From Nitrosopumilales archaeon (lineage in GTDB: Archaea; Thermoproteota; Nitrososphaeria; Nitrososphaerales; Nitrososphaeraceae), in the NCBI GenBank assembly GCA_044507735.1, contig JBIQJB010000016.1, forward strand, positions 24,828-50,005: a stretch of DNA of 25,178 bases, given 5' to 3'. The translations under genes and the position numbers were made by a program. The notes under the pieces were generated by a model. It was not told where the DNA came from. It searched no databases and worked only from the letters and a program-made list of their open reading frames with translations. Each line of letters starts with the position of its first letter. Within the stretch, counting starts at the first letter, position 1. This document shows positions 16,701 through 25,178 of this stretch, in pieces.

Positions 16701-17891
16701 TCAAGAAGTCTGCTGTTGCTGTTGTTCTTGCCTGCTCGAGATCGGGGTGTACTCGCAGCCCATGGGCCCGCAATACTTGCCTACATACACAGCCTTTGGC
16801 CTATAGAGCGCAGGTTTTGGTGCTGCCTCTGCAAACTTTTCTTCAATTACATGGGCCGACCATCCAGCTATCCTAGACACTGCAAATATGGGCGTGTTTA
16901 GATCCATTGGGATCCCCATGCTGTAGTAGAGCGATGCACTGTAAAGGTCGACGTTTGGATAAATCACTTGGCCTTTGTTCCTCTTCATCCAATCTTGTGT
17001 TGCATCTTCTACGCGCTTTGTTATTTCATACCACTTGTTGTTCTTCTCGCGGGATATCCTCGCCGACAGTCTTGCAAGGACGTCGGCTCGCGGGTCCGTC
17101 GTGCGGTATACAGCATGTCCCATTCCCATTATTCTGCCGCCAGAAGCCAGCCGGTTCGAAACCCATCGTTCCACATTGACGGGGTCCCCAATTTCAAGGA
17201 GCATCTTCATCACCTGGACGTTTGCTCCGCCGTGGAGCTCACCAGAGAGGGCGCCCACTGCGCCACTAATGCAGGCATACATGTGCGCCCGGGTTGAAGC
17301 GATCTCACGAGCGGCAAAAGTGGAAGCGTTAAAGCTATGCTCTGCGTGAAGTATGAGACAAATGTCCATTACTTTGGCCTCCTCTGGGGACGGCTCGACT
17401 CCTCTCATCATATATAGAAAGTTCATGGCATGTGATCCTTCTTCGAGCGGATCGACCACGTGCTTGCCACTCCTCACCCTATTCCAGGCAGCCACGATGG
17501 CAGGTATTTTGGCGATAAGCGTAATTGCGCGCCTAATGTGAGCTTCTTTCGAGTTGTCCTCTATGTTAAGGTCATAATCAGCCAGCTCAGAAATGCATGA
17601 CTGTAGAACATCCATCGGCTGTGCGCGTTTTGGACGGATCTTCAGACTTTTTATCAGCGGCTCTGGTATTCCTCGAGCTTCTGCAAGCCTGCGCTTAAAA
17701 TCTGCCAGCTGCTCTGCGGTAGGGAGCTCTCCGAAAAGCAGTAGGTATGTGGTCTCCTCATAGGTAGAATGCTTTACAAGGTCGAGGATATCATATCCTC
17801 TGTAGATCAGCTTACCGTTCTCTCCGTCTATGGAGCATATTTTGGTGTCAGCAACTTCGATATTGCGAAGCCCGATGTTGCGCGCGTCCAT
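16701..17891 (-). CDS. gltA: Citrate synthase
   Basis: GKLIYRGY, LHAEHSFNASTF, GELHGGAN, MGMGHAVYRTTDPR, YPNVDLY, FAVSRIAGW; Gln-rich C-terminal tail. Confidence 0.96.
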   Translation of the reverse strand: MDARNIGLRNIEVADTKICSIDGENGKLIYRGYDILDLVKHSTYEETTYLLLFGELPTAEQLADFKRRLAEARGIPEPLIKSLKIRPKRAQPMDVLQSCISELADYDLNIEDNSKEAHIRRAITLIAKIPAIVAAWNRVRSGKHVVDPLEEGSHAMNFLYMMRGVEPSPEEAKVMDICLILHAEHSFNASTFAAREIASTRAHMYACISGAVGALSGELHGGANVQVMKMLLEIGDPVNVERWVSNRLASGGRIMGMGHAVYRTTDPRADVLARLSARISREKNNKWYEITKRVEDATQDWMKRNKGQVIYPNVDLYSASLYYSMGIPMDLNTPIFAVSRIAGWSAHVIEEKFAEAAPKPALYRPKAVYVGKYCGPMGCEYTPISSRQEQQQQQTS

Positions 17892-18009
17892 TTATTGGTA
17901 ACAGAGGGATATTGCCTCGAATTTCTATATTAAAGTAATGTAGTAACTTTGTTGAGCACGACGCGACAATTCGAACATTTATTAAAAGACTTGGGATTGC
18001 CTTGTATCG

Positions 18010-19059
18010 TTGGACCGCAGAGGCATGACCTACCGTGACGCAGGGGTTGATGTGGGCAAGGTACGCGCGGCACAAAAATCGATACGTGACATAATATCGG
18101 CCACACACAAGCTGCCGTTGGGAGGAAAGGTGGTGTCAGGATTTGGGCATTATGCAGGGCTAATAAAGATGGGCTCCCAAGTGGTTGCACTTCACTCAGA
18201 CGGTGTAGGTACCAAAGTTCTTGTTGCCCAGCTAATGAACAAATTTGACACTGTCGGGATCGACTGCGTCGCAATGAATGTAAATGACATAATTTGCGTG
18301 GGCGCGCAGCCTCTAGCGTTCATCGACTATATTGCTCTTCGTGAGCCAAACGAGTTGCTTTTACAAGAGATAGCCAGGGGTTTGGTGGAAGGAGCAAGGC
18401 AGTCGCAGATGGCAATTGTAGGAGGCGAGACTGCGATTTTGCCTGAAATAATTGCTGGCGAGGAGAATGCATTCGACCTTGCCGGGATGGTCATGGGCGT
18501 CGTAAAAGGCAAGCCTGTGCTTGGCGGCGCGATAAAGCCGGGAGATGTCATCCTTGGAGTCGAAAGCAGTGGCCTTCACTCCAACGGTTATACCCTTGCG
18601 CGCAAAGTCCTTCTGTCAAAATATTCGGTTGACGACAACGCAGATCACCTCGTACAGACAGTCGGAGAAGAGCTCTTGGTCCCAACCAAGATTTATGTCA
18701 AGCCCGTGATGGAAATTTTGAAGAAAAAGATCGGAGTTCATGGTCTTGCGAACATTACCGGCGGCTCGTTTACGAAACTACCGCGCCTCAACAGCAAAGT
18801 GAGGTACGATCTTGATGCGCTGCCGGCACCGATGGGTATATTCAAGCAGATACAAGTCGACGGGGAAATAGGCAGCAAGGAAATGTACCGTACGTTTAAC
18901 ATGGGCATAGGATTTTGCGTCATTGCACCAAGGGCAAGTGCCGATGACATTGTCGCCATTTTTGCAAAATACAAAATGCGCTGCAAGGAGATTGGAAGGA
19001 TAGAGAAAGGCAGCGGCGAAGTTGTGGCTATGATAGACGGCAAAAAGGAAATGCTGTAA
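18010..19059 (+). CDS. purM: Phosphoribosylformylglycinamidine cyclo-ligase (AIR synthetase)
   Basis: TYRDAGVD, DGVGTK, DCVAMNVND, GGETA, SSGLHSNGY, EMYRTFNMGIG. Confidence 0.97.
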   Translation: MDRRGMTYRDAGVDVGKVRAAQKSIRDIISATHKLPLGGKVVSGFGHYAGLIKMGSQVVALHSDGVGTKVLVAQLMNKFDTVGIDCVAMNVNDIICVGAQPLAFIDYIALREPNELLLQEIARGLVEGARQSQMAIVGGETAILPEIIAGEENAFDLAGMVMGVVKGKPVLGGAIKPGDVILGVESSGLHSNGYTLARKVLLSKYSVDDNADHLVQTVGEELLVPTKIYVKPVMEILKKKIGVHGLANITGGSFTKLPRLNSKVRYDLDALPAPMGIFKQIQVDGEIGSKEMYRTFNMGIGFCVIAPRASADDIVAIFAKYKMRCKEIGRIEKGSGEVVAMIDGKKEML

Positions 19060-19079
19060 ACAAAAATTAATATGCGTTC

Positions 19080-20687
19080 TTGGCTAACTGTCCAGAATTG
19101 CTTTCAATCCCTGACAACGGCAATAGCTACCAGCAGGCGTGCAAGTCCATAGCGGAACAGATTGAAAGCAAGAATATTCTATCGGTTAGGCAGGTGCTCA
19201 AGGTTGTCAGGCAGGTTGCATCAAAATATCACCTAGACACAATGCCCAAGAATGAACATATCATCCAGTACCTTCACGACAGGCGTTACAGACAACTTCT
19301 CATGGTCAAACCGACCAAGACCGCGTCTGGTGTGGCCGTGATTGCAGTCATGCCAAAGCCGTACGAATGCCCGCACGGAAGATGCACCTACTGTCCAGGT
19401 GGTATAGAGTTCAACACGCCACTCAGCTACACTGGTACAGAACCAGCTATTAGAGTCGCTCAAGAGTTCAGCTACGATCCTTTCCAACAAGTAAGGGCTA
19501 AAATTGAGCAACTGCAGGCCAGGGGGCACGACACTGGCAAGGCCGAGATCGTCATTGTGGGGGGAACTTTTCCATTCATGCCCGCGGACTATCAGAGGGA
19601 GTTTGCGAAATCTTGTTACGATGCGCTCAATGGAATAAAATCAACAAGCCTTGAACAGGCTACAAGCATTAATGAAACCGCAAAGAACCGTTGCGTAGGA
19701 TTCACGGTTGAAACAAAGCCTGACTATTGCAAAGAGGAACACATTGACCTCATGCTCGAACTCGGAGTAACTAGGGTTGAAATCGGGGTACAGTCATTGA
19801 GTAATGGCGTCTACAAGCTGGTAAACCGGGGCCACACACTTGATGATGTCGTTGACGCGTTTAGAATAGCTCGTGATGCAGGCTACAAGATAGTTGCACA
19901 CATGATGCCCGGCTTGCCAGGAAGCTCGCCTGGGAAAGATATCGAGGATTTCCGGCGCCTGTTTGAAGACGAAGCATTCAAGCCAGACATGCTGAAGATC
20001 TACCCGACCCTTGTACTGGAGAACACCGGTCTGTTCAAGATGCACCAGAGCGGCAAGTACCATGCTTATTCCGACAGAGACCTCGTCGATGTTATGGTTG
20101 AAGTTAAAAAGATGGTTCCTGAATGGGTGCGCATAATGCGTGTCCAGCGCGAAATTGAGTCAAAAGATATCATTGCAGGTCCCAAGAGCGGTAACCTCCG
20201 GCAGATCGTATTGCAAGAGTTAGAGCGGCAGGGTCACACATGCAGGTGCATTAGATGCAGGGAGACCGGACTACAAAGAAGGTATCCTGGGGAAGACGAA
20301 GTGTCACTAAAGAGAACTGACTATTATGCTTCCAGGGGGAAAGAGGTCTTTTTGTCCTATGAAAGCACAGATGGAAACGGCACAATACTCGGATTCTTGC
20401 GGCTGCGCAAAGTGTCAAAGCCGCACAGAGAAGAGCTTGTAGGGAGTGCTATGGTACGTGAGCTACATGTCTATGGCCAAGCTGTAAGCGTTGGAACCAA
20501 GGAAGTCGGCAGTAGCTACCAGCACAGAGGGTACGGCACGAGACTGCTGCTTGAAGCTGAGCGTGTTGCAAAGGATGAAATGGGCGTTGACAAGATTGCA
20601 ATTATCAGTGCAGTCGGGACAAGGCAGTACTACAAGAAACTCGGCTATCTTCGGGACGGCCCATACGTCTCAAAGGTGTTATCGTAG
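19080..20687 (+). CDS. elp3: Elp3 radical SAM/KAT tRNA U34 carboxymethylation enzyme
   Basis: SGVAVIAVM, CPHGRCTYCPGG, SYTGTEPA, GGTF, ETKPD, KIYPTLV, CRCIRCRE, RELHVYG, QHRGYG. True start may be TTG 19098. Confidence 0.96.
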   Translation: MANCPELLSIPDNGNSYQQACKSIAEQIESKNILSVRQVLKVVRQVASKYHLDTMPKNEHIIQYLHDRRYRQLLMVKPTKTASGVAVIAVMPKPYECPHGRCTYCPGGIEFNTPLSYTGTEPAIRVAQEFSYDPFQQVRAKIEQLQARGHDTGKAEIVIVGGTFPFMPADYQREFAKSCYDALNGIKSTSLEQATSINETAKNRCVGFTVETKPDYCKEEHIDLMLELGVTRVEIGVQSLSNGVYKLVNRGHTLDDVVDAFRIARDAGYKIVAHMMPGLPGSSPGKDIEDFRRLFEDEAFKPDMLKIYPTLVLENTGLFKMHQSGKYHAYSDRDLVDVMVEVKKMVPEWVRIMRVQREIESKDIIAGPKSGNLRQIVLQELERQGHTCRCIRCRETGLQRRYPGEDEVSLKRTDYYASRGKEVFLSYESTDGNGTILGFLRLRKVSKPHREELVGSAMVRELHVYGQAVSVGTKEVGSSYQHRGYGTRLLLEAERVAKDEMGVDKIAIISAVGTRQYYKKLGYLRDGPYVSKVLS

Positions 20688-22304
20688 ATGGTTGAAGAAA
20701 TAATTGGCAAGGGCACTTGGATAGACAAAATCGCGGACACAATCATAAAGAGGGAGAAAAAGCTGGGTCGTAGCCTCAGCTTGATAAGAGTGGAGAGCGG
20801 CCTTGGGGCGTCTGGCATACCTCACATTGGCAGCATGGGCGACGCAGTGAGGGCATATGGGATCGCCCTCGCCCTTCAGAATTTTGGTTTCAAGTCAGAG
20901 CTTATTGCATATTCTGATGATATGGACGGGCTGCGAAAAATTCCTCACGGTTTGCCGGACTGGTTGCAAGATCATATTGCGCGCCCAGTGTCAAGCATCC
21001 CAGACCCGTTCGGCAGTTGTCACGCCTCTTATGGCGCTCACATGAGTAGCCTTTTACTTGATGGTCTTGATAAGGCTGGAATAAAGTACAGGTTTCAGAG
21101 CGGAAGGGAAGCCTACAAGCAGGGGCTGCTGGTAAAGCAGATTGATACCGTTTTAAGGAACAGTACAAAGCTAGGCCAAAAGATAGCAGAATTTGTTGGC
21201 CAGGACAAGTACATCGACGTTCTGCCATATTTCCCGGTATGCCAGAGTTGCGGCCGGCTCTATACGGCTGTTGCACAGAAATACCTGCCAGATGAAAAGA
21301 AAGTGACGTATGCATGTTCTGGCAGTAGAATAGGGAAGGCGGATGTCAAAGGATGTGGACACGAAGGTGAGGCTGATATTACAAGAGGTGAGGGGAAGCT
21401 TGCATGGAAGGTCGAATTCGGTGCGAGATGGCAGGCCTTGGATATACGCTTTGAAGCATATGGCAAAGACATTATGGACTCGGTTAGAGTGAATGACTGG
21501 GTGGCCGATGAGATCCTTGGCTATGCGCACCCTCTACATGTAAAATATGAAATGTTCCTGGATAAGTCCGGCAAAAAGATCAGCAAATCTGCCGGCAACG
21601 TGCTGACCCCACAGATGTGGATGCGCTATGGTACTCCTGAATCTATACTGCTCTTGCTTTTCAAGCGCATAACCGGGACCCGTCATGTGGGTCTCGACGA
21701 CGTGCCAGCGCTGATGGACGAATATGACTATTATGAAGATGTGTACTTTGGCAAGGTAAAGGAAGATAATCAAGCAAAGCTGACAAAGACAAAGGGAATC
21801 TACGAATACATCAACAAGCTGAATCCTCCAAAGCAGCATCCCGGCCCTCACGTTCTCTACAGGTTCCTAGCGCAGCAGGCATCAATTTTCCCACCTGGCG
21901 AAGACCGAGATGAAAAGGTGTTCAAGAGGCTTGTCAAGTATGGAATGGTCAAGGAAAAGACTGAAGCTTTGATGCACAAGATCCGGCTTGCCTCCAATTG
22001 GGCAGACGACAATAAGCAAGAAGAAAAGTTCGAAGTGGAGCTGTCAGATTCTCATAGAAAGGCAGTGCAGGATCTCATTGAAGCGATCGCGCCGTTTGTA
22101 GGCCTGCCCGATGCTGGTGACAATGCCAAGAACTTGCAGTCCCGGGTGTTCGATGTGGCAAGAAACAATGGCATAGAACCAAAGGAGTTCTTTACCCTAC
22201 TGTACCGAATGTTTCTCAACGCAGACAGGGGGCCACGGATAGGCAATTATTTCCTGGACTTGGGTGTTGACAGGGCGACAGCAGTCTTGAAAAGGTATCT
22301 TTGA
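20688..22304 (+). CDS. lysS: Class I lysyl-tRNA synthetase
   Basis: SGIPHIGS (HIGH-like), DDMDGLRKIP, GKLAWKVEF, FEAYGKD, KISKSAGN (KMSKS-like), GPRIG. Confidence 0.96.
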   Translation: MVEEIIGKGTWIDKIADTIIKREKKLGRSLSLIRVESGLGASGIPHIGSMGDAVRAYGIALALQNFGFKSELIAYSDDMDGLRKIPHGLPDWLQDHIARPVSSIPDPFGSCHASYGAHMSSLLLDGLDKAGIKYRFQSGREAYKQGLLVKQIDTVLRNSTKLGQKIAEFVGQDKYIDVLPYFPVCQSCGRLYTAVAQKYLPDEKKVTYACSGSRIGKADVKGCGHEGEADITRGEGKLAWKVEFGARWQALDIRFEAYGKDIMDSVRVNDWVADEILGYAHPLHVKYEMFLDKSGKKISKSAGNVLTPQMWMRYGTPESILLLLFKRITGTRHVGLDDVPALMDEYDYYEDVYFGKVKEDNQAKLTKTKGIYEYINKLNPPKQHPGPHVLYRFLAQQASIFPPGEDRDEKVFKRLVKYGMVKEKTEALMHKIRLASNWADDNKQEEKFEVELSDSHRKAVQDLIEAIAPFVGLPDAGDNAKNLQSRVFDVARNNGIEPKEFFTLLYRMFLNADRGPRIGNYFLDLGVDRATAVLKRYL

Positions 22305-22349
22305 TCCAATCTGCTTATATATCAAAGATTACCAAGATTCTGTCGAGCT

Positions 22350-22766
22350 TTGAACCGCAAGTATGCAGACAAGCCTCCGATGATAGTAGTTCAGGGGTCG
22401 TGTATTGACTTTGAAAAGGAGCGGCCCAAGATAATGGAGTTCATTGGAAGGCTTGAATGGGGAGCACATGAAAAGAGTAAGGTCGAGTGCTCCTCTGATG
22501 GCAAGAAGGCTCTCGGATGGGACTTTTTCCACATCTATTTCGATCCCGATTTCGTAGGAAAGCTGCTCGATTTGTATCCTGAAATACTGAAGCAGGAAGG
22601 AAATGACCTGGAGCAGTGCTTTGTTCTGTGGCTCAGCAAGAAGATGAAAAAATCCAAACTAGAGTATTTCTTGAAGCTTAAAGACGTCCCGCACGAGATG
22701 ACAAAAGGGTTTCGCCTCAACCCAGACGATTATCGCGACGACAGCGAGCTTGAAAAGCTGCGATGA
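22350..22766 (+). CDS. Hypothetical protein (138 aa)
   Basis: Fills the gap co-directionally; TTATATAT about 27 nt upstream of the TTG; charged globular composition; no family recognised. Confidence 0.75.
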   Translation: MNRKYADKPPMIVVQGSCIDFEKERPKIMEFIGRLEWGAHEKSKVECSSDGKKALGWDFFHIYFDPDFVGKLLDLYPEILKQEGNDLEQCFVLWLSKKMKKSKLEYFLKLKDVPHEMTKGFRLNPDDYRDDSELEKLR

Positions 22767-22792
22767 TATAGCCAACGTTTCCAGTTAAGGCC

Positions 22793-23437
22793 GTGGATGG
22801 GGTAATATTTGATCTTGATGGCGTACTGGTCAATTCTATGCCTACACACTTTCAGGCATGGAAGCAGGCCTTTGCAAGGATAACTGGGTTGCAGGTAACA
22901 GAGCGCGATATTTATCTCCTCGAAGGCATGCGCGGGGTGGAGCTCATAAAAAAGATATTCGAGCAAAAGAAATTTTCTGATTACTCGGCTGTTCGCAAAG
23001 TGCATGAAGAAAAATCTCGAATATTCAAATCGATCAGGAGCTCAGAGCCGTTTGAAGGCGTCCAGGAAATGATCAACGGCATGAAATGCGTCCGGGCAGT
23101 GGTTAGCGGCTCGACGAGGGAGGATGTAGAGACAATCCTGGAAGAGGCATTTGGCAGAGACAAATTCGACGCAGTAATAACTGCTGACGACATAGAGAAG
23201 GGCAAGCCGGACCCGTCTGCGTTCCTCGAGGCATTGGATCGGATGAAGGTCAGGCCAGAAAACGCAATAGTAGTTGAAAACTCGCCACTTGGGGCAAAGG
23301 CCGCCAAGGACGCGAGCATACTCTGCTATGTGGCACTCAACAATTCTCCACTTGACAGATCAGACTTTGCGGGGATAATACCGGAGGATAGAATATTTGA
23401 TAGAACGAGCCATCTTCGCGGGGTGTTGTGCAAATGA
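22793..23437 (+). CDS. HAD-superfamily hydrolase (subfamily IA, beta-PGM/CbbY-like)
   Basis: FDLDGVLVNS, VVSGS, KGKPDP, VVENSPLG. Confidence 0.92.
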   Translation: MDGVIFDLDGVLVNSMPTHFQAWKQAFARITGLQVTERDIYLLEGMRGVELIKKIFEQKKFSDYSAVRKVHEEKSRIFKSIRSSEPFEGVQEMINGMKCVRAVVSGSTREDVETILEEAFGRDKFDAVITADDIEKGKPDPSAFLEALDRMKVRPENAIVVENSPLGAKAAKDASILCYVALNNSPLDRSDFAGIIPEDRIFDRTSHLRGVLCK

Positions 23438-24396
23438 AAGTAATGATATTCTCTCACGAGTCGGACCTTGACGGTCTATATTCTGCCACGATTGGCCTAA
23501 TTCGCTACCCGCAAGCCATGACGATCTTTCTGGGTTATGGGCTCGAAAATTTCCAGAAGCTGGGTAACTTCATCTATTCTGCAACGCACTATTCGCCGGA
23601 ACGTGGCCTGATAATCATTGCCGACCTTGGACTCAACGATGATCTGATCGAAACGTGCAAGCAGATATTTTCAGACGCGGTCAGAAATGGTTGGAAGATA
23701 ATGTGGATTGATCATCATCCTTGGTCTCAACAAGCCATCGACACGATGAAACCCTTTATCGAAATGGTGCTTGATTCTTCTGGGAAAAAGTGCGCAGCAG
23801 ACCTCATGTACGAAACGTTCCTGCCTGGAAACATACTGGCGGGAAAACTTGCCAGCATGGCGCACACAATGGATTTCTTTACAAAGGACCAGTATCTGAC
23901 CCCGATATCAGAGCTTATACGATACTATCAGACATTTCCTAATTTCTATGAGAGGTTATCTGAGCTTGCAAGAAAGTCTGCCAATGGCATATTGTGGGAT
24001 GTCGAGATGCAGAGCGACTATAACGATTATTCCCGCCTCAGGGATGAGGCCAAGGCCCAGGTGTTTGCAACAATGCAAGTAAGACCCGTAGGCAGGTTCA
24101 AGGTGGCATACGTGCAATCTTCGCCATATCTGCAGAATAGTCTCTTCTCTGAAGAGGTGTTTGCCAAGACCAATGTAGACCTTGTCATGTTTTACAGTGC
24201 CAAGGGCAAGGTGAGCATACGGCGCAATAATGATGCGATCTCCTGTAGGGATATTGCGGAAAACCTGCCCGACGGTGGAGGACATGCATATGCTGCTGGA
24301 GCGACCTTCAGGAGCAATCCCGCGAATACCGCTGCGGTCCTATCAGAGCTCGAAGCTGCAGTCACAAAAACCCTGGCGATGACTAGTCAACTTTAA
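23434..24396 (+). CDS. DHH/DHHA1-family phosphoesterase
   Basis: HESDLDG, IADLG, WIDHH, GGGHAYAAGA; ATG 23434 overlaps the HAD stop codon (ATGA). Confidence 0.9.
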   Translation: MKVMIFSHESDLDGLYSATIGLIRYPQAMTIFLGYGLENFQKLGNFIYSATHYSPERGLIIIADLGLNDDLIETCKQIFSDAVRNGWKIMWIDHHPWSQQAIDTMKPFIEMVLDSSGKKCAADLMYETFLPGNILAGKLASMAHTMDFFTKDQYLTPISELIRYYQTFPNFYERLSELARKSANGILWDVEMQSDYNDYSRLRDEAKAQVFATMQVRPVGRFKVAYVQSSPYLQNSLFSEEVFAKTNVDLVMFYSAKGKVSIRRNNDAISCRDIAENLPDGGGHAYAAGATFRSNPANTAAVLSELEAAVTKTLAMTSQL

Positions 24397-24422
24397 AAGA
24401 ATACGCGCCGAAATATATTGGC

Positions 24423-25178
24423 ATGATAAAGGGCAAGGTCGCGATGGTCACAGGTGCAGGGGGCGGGGTCGGCAAAGCCATTTCAAAGAGGCTCAATTCC
24501 GAAGGTTGCAAGGTGGTGCTCCTTGGTAGAGACAAGACAAAGCTGCAAAAAGCAGCGTCTGAAATTGGCGACAAAAAGAACACCATGATAGTTATAGCAG
24601 ACATCACAAAGGAGGCAGAAGTCCTTAGCGCCATCGACCAAACAATAAACTCGTTTGACAAGATTGACATTCTAGTAAATAACGCTGGAGCTATAAACGA
24701 CCCCGAACCGTTTCACAAGATGACAGACGACCAGTGGGAAGACCTTGTGCAGACCAACCTTGTTGGAACCTTCAGGATGACAAAGGCTGTGATCCCGATC
24801 ATGATGAAAAATGGAGGCGGCAGCATCGTCAACATTTCATCCGTTCTCGGTATCAGATCGATTCCAAGAGTGCCGCTGTCGGTGTATGGCGCAACGAAGG
24901 CAGGGGTGATAATGTTCACGAAGAGCATAGCAGTGGAGTACGGCCAATACAAGATCCGTTGCAACTGCGTTGCGCCTTCTACTATCAGGAGTTCGCTTAT
25001 TGAGCCGTACCTGCAGGACGAGGAAGCCAAAAAGGTGCTCGAGTCGACATTTCCCCTGCGCAAGATCGGCGAGCCAGAAGACATTGCAGGCGCAGTTGCT
25101 TACCTCTGCTCAGAAGATTCTAAATGGGTCACCGGTACCGTGCTGATGGTCGACGGCGGCGTGTCTGCAAAACAGTGA
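24423..25178 (+). CDS. Short-chain dehydrogenase/reductase (FabG-like)
   Basis: TGAGGGVG, LVNNAG, NISS, YGATK, VDGG; CTTTAAA about 25 nt upstream. Confidence 0.95.
   Translation: MIKGKVAMVTGAGGGVGKAISKRLNSEGCKVVLLGRDKTKLQKAASEIGDKKNTMIVIADITKEAEVLSAIDQTINSFDKIDILVNNAGAINDPEPFHKMTDDQWEDLVQTNLVGTFRMTKAVIPIMMKNGGGSIVNISSVLGIRSIPRVPLSVYGATKAGVIMFTKSIAVEYGQYKIRCNCVAPSTIRSSLIEPYLQDEEAKKVLESTFPLRKIGEPEDIAGAVAYLCSEDSKWVTGTVLMVDGGVSAKQ

Noticed and set aside
1-25178. CRISPR array, tRNA or rRNA genes, integrase or prophage
   Set aside because: I saw no regularly spaced repeats, cloverleaf with T-loop and acceptor stem, or recombinase motifs.

Overview
This is mostly core chromosome of an ammonia-oxidising archaeon, most likely Nitrososphaeraceae, judged from an archaeal-type amoC, a eukaryote-like topoisomerase IB, class I LysRS and Elp3. 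It holds about 21 intact genes: topo IB, a Hrq1/DUF1998 helicase, a TrmB regulator divergent from SRPBCC/methyltransferase/MFS genes, purN, a HExxH membrane protein, a stand-alone amoC, a beta-CASP nuclease, an LLM oxidoreductase, citrate synthase, purM-elp3-lysS and a HAD-DHH-SDR cluster. I found no mobile element, CRISPR array, tRNA or rRNA. Three things missing from the ORF track were read by hand: a truncated membrane-anchored protein at the left edge ending in a (GAA)n poly-Glu tract, a 48-aa C2H2 zinc-finger microprotein, and a frameshifted, internally deleted malic enzyme pseudogene behind citrate synthase. The most distinctive non-coding signal surrounds amoC: a Shine-Dalgarno-led 5' leader, upstream operator-like repeats, a long 3' hairpin and a run of four palindromes. 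I cannot claim a clearly new multi-gene system. All family assignments come from motif recognition by eye, not database searches.
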